IMG/VR virus record: IMGVR_UViG_3300044667_000292
Location: 1 to 33,902 of that record
Direction: 5' to 3' (one strand)
DNA: 33,902 bases
Source of the DNA: a virus
Lineage: Duplodnaviria; Caudoviricetes
The position numbers and the translations under genes were made by a program. Positions 16,456-23,855 of this stretch are shown here, one piece after another. The notes under the pieces are model-generated. The model saw nothing but the letters and a program-made list of their open reading frames with translations, had not been told where the DNA came from and ran no database searches. Every line of letters begins with the position of its first letter. The first letter of the stretch is position 1.

Positions 16456-17675
16456 GCCAGGCGTGGAACGGGCCCGACCCGACCCAGTCGACCGACCCCG
16501 GCTCGTACGAGCTGGGCGTCGAGTACGTCGCGAACGCCGGCATCACGATCTCCGCGGTTCGGGTGTGGGAGGGCGCCACACCGGGCGACGTTGCGAGCCG
16601 GCGCGGCCGGATCTGGTCCACCGCTGGTGCGCTGCTGGCGTCGGCCGCGATGCCGACGACGATGCCGTCGGGGTGGTCGCAGTACAACCTGGACACCCCG
16701 CTGGATGTGACGACCGGCGAGCACATCGTCGTCTCCTACACCACCGGCGGGTTCTACGGTGAACTGAACCACGGCCTGGACAACGCGGTCGTCTCCGCCG
16801 ACGGCCTGGTCACCGCCGTGGCCGCCGCGTCGGCTGCGCACGGCAACGGTTCGTTCACCACCTCGGTCACCCAGTTCCCCGACCGCGCCAGCACGCAGAA
16901 CACGTTCTACGGGATCGACTTCGTGTACACGGCTGCCGGCGGCAACACACCCCCGGTGATCACCGGAATGACCGCCGTCGCGGTCGGCGCCACCGTCACC
17001 TCCACCATCAACGCCACCGACGCCGAGGGCCTGGCAGCCACGCCGTACACATGGAACTGGGGCGACGGGACCATCGTCTCGCAGGCCAGCAACACCGCCA
17101 CCCACACGTACACGATGCCCGGCGAGTACGCCGTCCTCGGGTCCGTCACCGACGCCGGTGGCCTGTCGGCCTACGCCGCGCGCCCGGTGTTCATCGTCAT
17201 CCCCGGCACCGGTTTCGACGCCCAGGGCCTCACCGACGCGGTGGCGTCCCTCGTCCAGGCATCCGGGCTCGTCACCACTGTCGCCGCGCACGAGCCGGCG
17301 TCGCTGCCGAGCGCGAACCAGATCTCCGCCGCAGTGTGGATGCAGGGCATCGGGCCGGCGCGCAAGGTTTCCGGCCTTGCTGCCACAGCCGCGCGCGTTG
17401 AGTACCGGTTGCGCCTGTACACGCCGATGGTGACCGGGAACATGGACGCGATCGACCCAGTTATGACGACGGCAGCGTCACAGCTGATTCGGCTGCTGTC
17501 GGCCGATTTCACGCTCGGCGGGGAGATCTTCGCGGCGGACCTGCTGGGCACGCACGGCGCGCCACTCTCGGCGAAGGCCGACTACTACCGGCAGGAGAAC
17601 GCCTTCTACCGGATCTACGACATCACGGTCCCGCTGATCGTCGACAACGTCTGGGCACAGGGAGCCGCCTCATGA
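16452..17675 (+). CDS. DUF4082-like + PKD + tail-terminator-like fusion protein
   Basis: YELGVEY..ISAVRVW..IWSTAGALLASA..SGW..VVSY; PKD YTWNWGDG..THTYTMPGEY; C-terminal connector-like domain HEP..DFTLGG..YRIYDITVPLIV. Confidence 0.75.
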   Translation: MSQAWNGPDPTQSTDPGSYELGVEYVANAGITISAVRVWEGATPGDVASRRGRIWSTAGALLASAAMPTTMPSGWSQYNLDTPLDVTTGEHIVVSYTTGGFYGELNHGLDNAVVSADGLVTAVAAASAAHGNGSFTTSVTQFPDRASTQNTFYGIDFVYTAAGGNTPPVITGMTAVAVGATVTSTINATDAEGLAATPYTWNWGDGTIVSQASNTATHTYTMPGEYAVLGSVTDAGGLSAYAARPVFIVIPGTGFDAQGLTDAVASLVQASGLVTTVAAHEPASLPSANQISAAVWMQGIGPARKVSGLAATAARVEYRLRLYTPMVTGNMDAIDPVMTTAASQLIRLLSADFTLGGEIFAADLLGTHGAPLSAKADYYRQENAFYRIYDITVPLIVDNVWAQGAAS

Positions 17676-18622
17676 CCACGAAGACCACGGGCCTCGGCGA
17701 CCACCTCTGGATCACCGGCCGCGACGTTGCCAACGACACGTCCACCATCACCGTGTCCAGTCCGGTCGCGACCATCGACGTGACCGGCATCGACAAGTTC
17801 GCCCACGAACGCATCCTCGGCCTGCGGGACGGGAAGTTCGACCTCACCACACACTGGAACTCCGGCGTCGGCGGCATCCACAGCGTCCTGTCCCCGCTGC
17901 CGACCACGGACATCATCTCGACCTACTGCCGCGGCTACGGCCTCGGCTCGCCAGCCGCGTCAATCGTGGCCAAGCAGCTCAACTACGACCCGACCAGGGG
18001 AACCGACGGTAGCCTGACGGAGAAGTCCGAACTGGACACCAACGGCTACGCGACCGACTGGGGTGTACAGCTCACCAACGGTGCCCGAACGGACACCACG
18101 GCCACTAACGGGGCCGCGTGGGACTTCGGTGGAGGATTCACCACGCCAGCAGTGCCGGCGTCCGGAACACCCGTGACGAACACGTCCGCGATGCCCGCCC
18201 AAGTCGTGATCAGCGGCGGCACGATGACGAACGTCTCCGTGAACGGTGTGACCGTCGGCACCGGCGCGGGAACCTACACCGTCCCGGCCGGGCAGGCGAT
18301 CACGCTCACCTACACGGCCGCCCCCACCTGGACGTGGGCGTTGCAAACCTCGTTCGGGTGGCAGGCGTACCTGCACGTGTCTGCGTTCACTGGTACCAGC
18401 GCGACGATCAAGCTTCAGGACTCGGCCGACAACACCACCTTCGCGGACGTGGCCAGCGGCGCGTTCGCCGCCGTGACAGGTGGTGTCCCGCTGGCCCAGC
18501 GGATTGCGGTGGGTGGCACCGCGACGCTGCGCCGGTACGTACGGGTCGCCACCACGGGCACGTTCACCACCTGCACGTTCCTGGTGCAGGTCACCCAGAA
18601 CATCTCGACCACGGTCTTCTAG
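17672..18622 (+). CDS. Tail tube-like protein with appended C-terminal beta domains
   Basis: IDVTGIDKFAHERILGLRDGKF; position in the tail module; C-terminal KLQDSADNTTFADV...RYVRV domain. Confidence 0.7.
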   Translation: MTTKTTGLGDHLWITGRDVANDTSTITVSSPVATIDVTGIDKFAHERILGLRDGKFDLTTHWNSGVGGIHSVLSPLPTTDIISTYCRGYGLGSPAASIVAKQLNYDPTRGTDGSLTEKSELDTNGYATDWGVQLTNGARTDTTATNGAAWDFGGGFTTPAVPASGTPVTNTSAMPAQVVISGGTMTNVSVNGVTVGTGAGTYTVPAGQAITLTYTAAPTWTWALQTSFGWQAYLHVSAFTGTSATIKLQDSADNTTFADVASGAFAAVTGGVPLAQRIAVGGTATLRRYVRVATTGTFTTCTFLVQVTQNISTTVF

Positions 18623-18634
18623 GAGGCGGACCCG

Positions 18635-19102
18635 ATGAGTTTGGACATCGCCACCGCGCACCGCGATCTCGCGCGGACCTCGGTCGAGGCGCCCGGCCAG
18701 CGGCACTGGACGATCACCTCGCCGCTCGCGACCCACTGGAAGCCCGCGACCTGCGAACAGGTCGGGTGCATCCAGTTCCATACGGGGTGGCGCATCCGCA
18801 TGGACACGCTGCCCGAGGCCGACCAGCACTTCGTGCGCAGCAGCGGTCGGCAGTGGAGCGAGTGCGTGCTGGACGTGGATCCGGACACGGGCGAGACGTA
18901 CAACCCGCCCGCTGTGTTCTACGTGTTCGAGGCCGGCCAGCCGTGTTTCAAGGCCAGCCAGCACCGGCTGCCGGTCGGGCGACCGGAACTGTACCTCGTC
19001 GGCGACCGCGGCCAAGTCCGGCAGTACGACCGGGACGACCAGTGGGTCGAGGACTGCGCCGAGCACACCACGAAGATCGTCGACAAGATCAAGGAGGGCT
19101 GA
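18635..19102 (+). CDS. Conserved hypothetical tail-region protein (Cys/His)
   Basis: AGGAGG RBS; TCEQVGC...FEAGQPCF..H. Confidence 0.75.
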   Translation: MSLDIATAHRDLARTSVEAPGQRHWTITSPLATHWKPATCEQVGCIQFHTGWRIRMDTLPEADQHFVRSSGRQWSECVLDVDPDTGETYNPPAVFYVFEAGQPCFKASQHRLPVGRPELYLVGDRGQVRQYDRDDQWVEDCAEHTTKIVDKIKEG

Positions 19103-19105
19103 TCT

Positions 19106-19510
19106 ATGGCCAAGGCCACCGGTCTCGGTTGGACCACGATGAACGTCACGAAGTCCGACGGCAGCACCATCGTGGACATCCGCAACGACTGCCAGAACCT
19201 GGACTTCGCGACGCCCCGCGCCGTCATCGACGTCACGGGGATCGACAAGTTCGCGCACGAGCGGCTGCTGGGTCTGGGTGACTTCACCCTCAACCTGTCC
19301 GGCACCTTCAACGCCACCGTGTCGCACCTGGTGTTCCGGGACCCGTCCAGCGGCACGGTCAACCGGGCGACGTCGATCGTCGTGAACGGCGCCACCCTGA
19401 ACAACAACTGCGTCATCACGGACTACCCGGTCACGCGCGGCACCGACGGCGCACTCACATGGAAGGTGCCGCTGTCCCTGGCCGACGGCGCGTTGCCGAC
19501 CTGGAGCTGA
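19106..19510 (+). CDS. Short tail tube-like protein, paralog of 17672-18622
   Basis: IDVTGIDKFAHERLLGLGDF; TRGTDGALTW; GALPTWS end. Confidence 0.75.
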   Translation: MAKATGLGWTTMNVTKSDGSTIVDIRNDCQNLDFATPRAVIDVTGIDKFAHERLLGLGDFTLNLSGTFNATVSHLVFRDPSSGTVNRATSIVVNGATLNNNCVITDYPVTRGTDGALTWKVPLSLADGALPTWS

Positions 19511-19512
19511 CC

Positions 19513-19887
19513 GTGCCTGTCCAGGGTGGTCTATTCGACGGCAGTTGGGAGGCCGCGTCGACGGATCTGGTGGTCGACGCGGTCGGCGCCGTGGGCGACA
19601 AGGCCCTGGAGGTGTGGCGGGCCAACTTGGACAACAACATCCGCGTCAACCACGGCCGCTACGTCAGCCAGACCCGTGTGACGCGCATCGACGACGAGCA
19701 CGCCCAGGTCCACGACGGGATGAGTGTGTACGGACCGTGGCTGGAGGGCCAGGGCAGCCGGAACGCGCCGGTGACGAGGTTCGAGGGCTACCACTCCGCG
19801 CAGGACGCCGCGGAGAAGGTGGCCGCGATGGTCGACGAGGTCTCGATGCCCGCCGTAGCGCGGTTTGTGGAGGTGATGAACCGGTGA
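19513..19887 (+). CDS. HK97 gp10-like minor virion protein
   Basis: HGRY..., VYGPWLEGQG..TRFEGYHS pattern. Confidence 0.6.
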   Translation: MPVQGGLFDGSWEAASTDLVVDAVGAVGDKALEVWRANLDNNIRVNHGRYVSQTRVTRIDDEHAQVHDGMSVYGPWLEGQGSRNAPVTRFEGYHSAQDAAEKVAAMVDEVSMPAVARFVEVMNR

Positions 19888-20297
19888 GCGGATACGAGGT
19901 CGAGGACACCGTCTACAAGCTGGTGTTTCCCGACACCGAATACGAGGGCCTGGAGATCCGGGTGCGGGCGATGTCGATGGCTCAGCGGCTGCACGCCGTA
20001 TTCGACCTGTCTGCGGAACCCGGCGACACGATGGCCGACGCACGAGCCAAGCAGCGGGAGCTGCACCAGATGCTCGTCGAGCATGTCGTGGACTGGAACC
20101 TACAGCGGGCTGGTGAACCGATCCCCGTCACGCTCGACGGCCTGTACTCCTTGGAGCCGGAGTTCGTCGGCACGATCACCGGAGTGTGGCAGGTCGGACG
20201 GGCGGCCGTCCCAGCCCCTTTGGACGAGCCATCCTCGACTACCAGCGAGGTGGAGGAGCACCTGGCGGCGCTGCCCACCGAAAGCCTCGCGAGCTGA
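19884..20297 (+). CDS. Tail assembly chaperone (gpG-like)
   Basis: VVDWNL..GEPIPVTLDGL; immediately upstream of the tape measure gene. Confidence 0.8.
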   Translation: MSGYEVEDTVYKLVFPDTEYEGLEIRVRAMSMAQRLHAVFDLSAEPGDTMADARAKQRELHQMLVEHVVDWNLQRAGEPIPVTLDGLYSLEPEFVGTITGVWQVGRAAVPAPLDEPSSTTSEVEEHLAALPTESLAS

Positions 20298-20437
20298 GCA
20301 AGCACGAACTGATCGAGAAGCTGGCGAAGCGCTACCACTGCCTGCCCTCGCAGATCCTAGCCGAATCGGAGGACCTGCTGCGGCACGTGAACATCGTCGA
20401 CTACGGCAACGGAGGAGGTGACCTCGATGGGCAATGA
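20216..20437 (+). CDS. -1 frameshift extension of the tail chaperone (gpGT-like)
   Basis: Slippery C-CCT-TTG at 20216-20222; the -1 frame stays open to 20437 (LAKRYHCLPSQILAE). Confidence 0.7.
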   Translation, partial: PFGRAILDYQRGGGAPGGAAHRKPRELSKHELIEKLAKRYHCLPSQILAESEDLLRHVNIVDYGNGGGDLDGQ

Positions 20438-23400
20438 GGTGATCATCGAGGTCACGGGCGACAACTCCGGTCTGAAAGCGACACTCGCCGAGTCCGCCGC
20501 GATGGGCGCGGAAGCCGGGAAGAAACCGATCACCGTCAAGGCGCAGCTGGCGCTCGACCAGGTCAACGGGCCGGATGCGTTGACCAAGGAGATCGCGAAA
20601 GGCGCTCCGGTCAAGGTCCCGGTGACCGCGTCGAACCCGATCAACGACGCGTGGGTCGCGCAGGTCCGCTCGTCGGTGAAGTCCTTGGCGTCGCAGGCGC
20701 TGGACATCCCGGTCGAGGCCGACATGGTCCCGTTTACCGAACGGCTCCAGGAGGTTCTCGCCGACCTGTCGACCACGTCGAAGGCGGACATCCCGGTCGA
20801 CGTCGGCGACGCCATGATCTTCCGGTCGCAGGTCGACGAACTCGTTGCGCAGGTCGAGGCGTCCACCAAGGCTGTTATCGACATCGAGGTCAACGACGAG
20901 GGCCTGTCTGACCTCCAGTCGAAGACGCTGGCCGCGTCGCAGTCGACGCTGGATCTGGTCGCGGCTGAGCAGAAGCTCAACACGGCGATGGCGTCCGGGG
21001 ACGACGAGGCGATCGCGAAGGCCCGCAACGACGTCGTGACCGCGTCGAAGGCCGCGAAGGCCGCGACCGTCGAGCTGGCGGCCGCGCAGGAAGAGGCGGG
21101 TGTTGCGGAGGAGGCCGCTGCGGCGGGCACGGCGACGTTCGGGGATGCGCTGCGTGCGCTGAACTCGGCGATGGGCCCGATGTGGATGATCATGCAGATC
21201 GCGCAGATCGCGATGTTCGCGTTCGGGTCGTCCTCGTCGTCCACCGCGAAGCAGGCCCAGGACGCGTCCTCGTCGATCATCAGTCTCGGGCAGTCAGCCG
21301 GCCAGACCGCGCAGAACATGCTGATGGGCAACGCCGCCCTGCAGGGCCTGTCCGGTGACCTGACCCGGCTGGGGTCCTCCAGCGCACAGTTCGCTTCGGT
21401 GTTCGGCGGGAACTTGCAGACCGCACAGAACTACACCAAGCAACTGGAGGACCAGCAGAAGAAGCTCGGGGCGTCGTTCGTGTCAGCGGCCGAGGCGGCC
21501 AACGCGCCCGGTTGGGCGAACGCGGGGCAGACCATCGCCCAGGTCACGGAGGTAGCCAACCGCGGCAAGAGCGCGTACGACGCGTTGCCGGCGTCGCTGC
21601 GGGCGCAGGTCGACGAGTACAACCACCTCGCTGACGTGGTCCCGCAGGCGAAGGCCGCGCTGGCGGGGATGCAGGCAGCGGCACTCGCCGAGAAGCAAAC
21701 GTTGGACAGCGTCGGGTTCTCGTTGACGGCCAACGAGCAGCAGCACCAGAACTACGGTCTCGCCGTGCAGGCGGCCGCGAAGGCGCTTGCCGACGCGACC
21801 GCCGGGTCCACGTACCTCGAAGACAGCACCGACAAGGCCAGCATCACCGCCGGGCAGGCCGTCCAGCAGTGGCAGCAGCTCAACGCCACCTACCTCCAGT
21901 CGAAGCAGGCCGCGACCCAGGCCGCTGAAGGCGTGGCAAACGCTGAGCACGGCGTCGTCACCGCCGAGCAGGGCGTCGAGTCGGCCCTACACTCCCAGCA
22001 GGCCGCGGTCCGGGGTGTCAAGCAGGCACAGGACGCCTACACCGAGTCGGTGTACCAGGAGCAGCAGGCGCAGCAGGCGGTCACTGCGGCTCGGGCGGCC
22101 GCGAAACAGCAGCTGATCGACCTCCAGTTGCAGGCCAACGACGCGTCCACGTCGGTCGAGTCGGCGAACCTGGCCCTGTTCCAGGCACAGCAGAACGCGT
22201 CGAAGTACGGCGTGAACAAGAACAACGCCGCCGCGATCGCTGGCGAGCAGATCACCGCAGCGAACGAAGCGCAGGTCGAGGCCGCGATCGCCCTCTTGCA
22301 GGCAGAGAACGCGCTGGCCGACGCACAGAACTCGTCCACCCAGACACAGGACCAGCTGAACACGGCACGCAAGCAGGGCGTGAACGGCAACCCGCAGGTG
22401 TTGGCCGCCGAGCACGCGTTGCAGCAGTCGCAGAACGCGGTTGCGCAGGCCGCGCAGGGCGTTGCGGACGCCCAGTACGCCGAGCAGCAGGCCGCGATCC
22501 AGGTCGCCAACGCCGAATGGGGGCTGCGCCAGGCGCACCAACAGGTCGCCGCAGCTGAGGTGTCCGAACGGAACGCGCTGGTGCAGCTGAACACGGCCCA
22601 GGACAACCTGACCCGAAGCACGGACCAGAACACGCTGGCCGGCGCGCAGAACCGCCAGATGATCGAATCGATTTTCCGGGCGTACGAGGCGGAGTACGGC
22701 AACGAACAGCTCGCGGCGCAGGCTACCGAGAACGTCGGCACGAAAATGCATTTCACCGCCCAACAGATCCAGGGCGTGATCGGGAAGCTGCTCGGCCTGA
22801 ACGGCACACGGGCCGATTTCTCGATCGTCGGCACGCCGTCGCTGAACCCGCAGCAGCTGACGCAGATCGGCGAGCAACTGGGCATGAGCTTCAGCCAGAT
22901 CGAGGCGATCCTGCCGACCCGCGGCGCGCACGGCGCGAAAGCAGCCGGCGGCCCAGGCGGTGGCCTGACCTGGGTGGGTGAACAGGGCCCCGAACTGGTG
23001 CGGCTGCCCTACGGCACCGAGGTGATCCCCTCGGCGAACTCGATGCAGATGGCGCTGCTCGGTGACGTCGCCGCACCCCATCACGCGGCCGGCGGACCGG
23101 TCGGCGCGTCGTCCGGGTTGGGTGGGTTGATCGGCCCGAACCTGCCGATCGCGGCCCAGTGGGGTGCGTTGGCCACGGTGGGGAATTCCCTCTACGCGCT
23201 CGGCGGCCCGCAGGTGCGGCTGCCGGCGGCGACCGCGGTGGACATGGGTGTGTTGGCGGCCGGCGCGGGCTTCGGGTCCGGGAACAGCCAGCTGTCCGGG
23301 GACCGCGCCGCGAACAAGGCGATCATGCAGGCGGTGTTCTCTACGTTCGGGTGGGGCACCGGTGCGCAGTGGGCGGCGCAGGACTACCTGGAGATGCGGG

Positions 23401-23855
23401 AGGCCGGCTACAACAACCTGGCCCAGAACCCGACCAGCACGGCGTTCGGTATGGCCCAGTTCCTGGACAGCACCTGGGGCGCCTACGGGTTCCGCAAGAC
23501 CGCGGACCCGTACGTCCAGTCCCTGGCGATGGCGACGTACGAGCGGGCACGCTACGGCGACCCGATCCACGCCGCGCAGCACGAACGAGTCCTGAACTGG
23601 TACGGGGGCGGCGGCCCGGCGGGTGGCCTGATCGGGGTCGGCGAGTACGGGCCCGAACTGCTGCGGGTGCCGGGCGGGTCGTCGGTGGTGCCGCACGCGA
23701 ACGCGATGCAGGCGCTCGCGCAGACCCCGGTCGAGGTGAAGGTGAAGCTGGAGTTCGGCGGCGGCGACAGTGCGTTCGCGTCCGCGTTCAAGATGCTCGT
23801 GCGGACCGGGCAGATCCGTATCACGTCCACGACCGGCACAGTGGTGGTGTCCTGA
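20427..23855 (+). CDS. Tape measure protein with C-terminal lytic transglycosylase-like domain
   Basis: About 1140 aa, Ala/Gln-rich helical; REAGYNNLAQNPTSTAFGMAQFLDSTW..RYG..WY. Confidence 0.92.
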   Translation: MGNEVIIEVTGDNSGLKATLAESAAMGAEAGKKPITVKAQLALDQVNGPDALTKEIAKGAPVKVPVTASNPINDAWVAQVRSSVKSLASQALDIPVEADMVPFTERLQEVLADLSTTSKADIPVDVGDAMIFRSQVDELVAQVEASTKAVIDIEVNDEGLSDLQSKTLAASQSTLDLVAAEQKLNTAMASGDDEAIAKARNDVVTASKAAKAATVELAAAQEEAGVAEEAAAAGTATFGDALRALNSAMGPMWMIMQIAQIAMFAFGSSSSSTAKQAQDASSSIISLGQSAGQTAQNMLMGNAALQGLSGDLTRLGSSSAQFASVFGGNLQTAQNYTKQLEDQQKKLGASFVSAAEAANAPGWANAGQTIAQVTEVANRGKSAYDALPASLRAQVDEYNHLADVVPQAKAALAGMQAAALAEKQTLDSVGFSLTANEQQHQNYGLAVQAAAKALADATAGSTYLEDSTDKASITAGQAVQQWQQLNATYLQSKQAATQAAEGVANAEHGVVTAEQGVESALHSQQAAVRGVKQAQDAYTESVYQEQQAQQAVTAARAAAKQQLIDLQLQANDASTSVESANLALFQAQQNASKYGVNKNNAAAIAGEQITAANEAQVEAAIALLQAENALADAQNSSTQTQDQLNTARKQGVNGNPQVLAAEHALQQSQNAVAQAAQGVADAQYAEQQAAIQVANAEWGLRQAHQQVAAAEVSERNALVQLNTAQDNLTRSTDQNTLAGAQNRQMIESIFRAYEAEYGNEQLAAQATENVGTKMHFTAQQIQGVIGKLLGLNGTRADFSIVGTPSLNPQQLTQIGEQLGMSFSQIEAILPTRGAHGAKAAGGPGGGLTWVGEQGPELVRLPYGTEVIPSANSMQMALLGDVAAPHHAAGGPVGASSGLGGLIGPNLPIAAQWGALATVGNSLYALGGPQVRLPAATAVDMGVLAAGAGFGSGNSQLSGDRAANKAIMQAVFSTFGWGTGAQWAAQDYLEMREAGYNNLAQNPTSTAFGMAQFLDSTWGAYGFRKTADPYVQSLAMATYERARYGDPIHAAQHERVLNWYGGGGPAGGLIGVGEYGPELLRVPGGSSVVPHANAMQALAQTPVEVKVKLEFGGGDSAFASAFKMLVRTGQIRITSTTGTVVVS

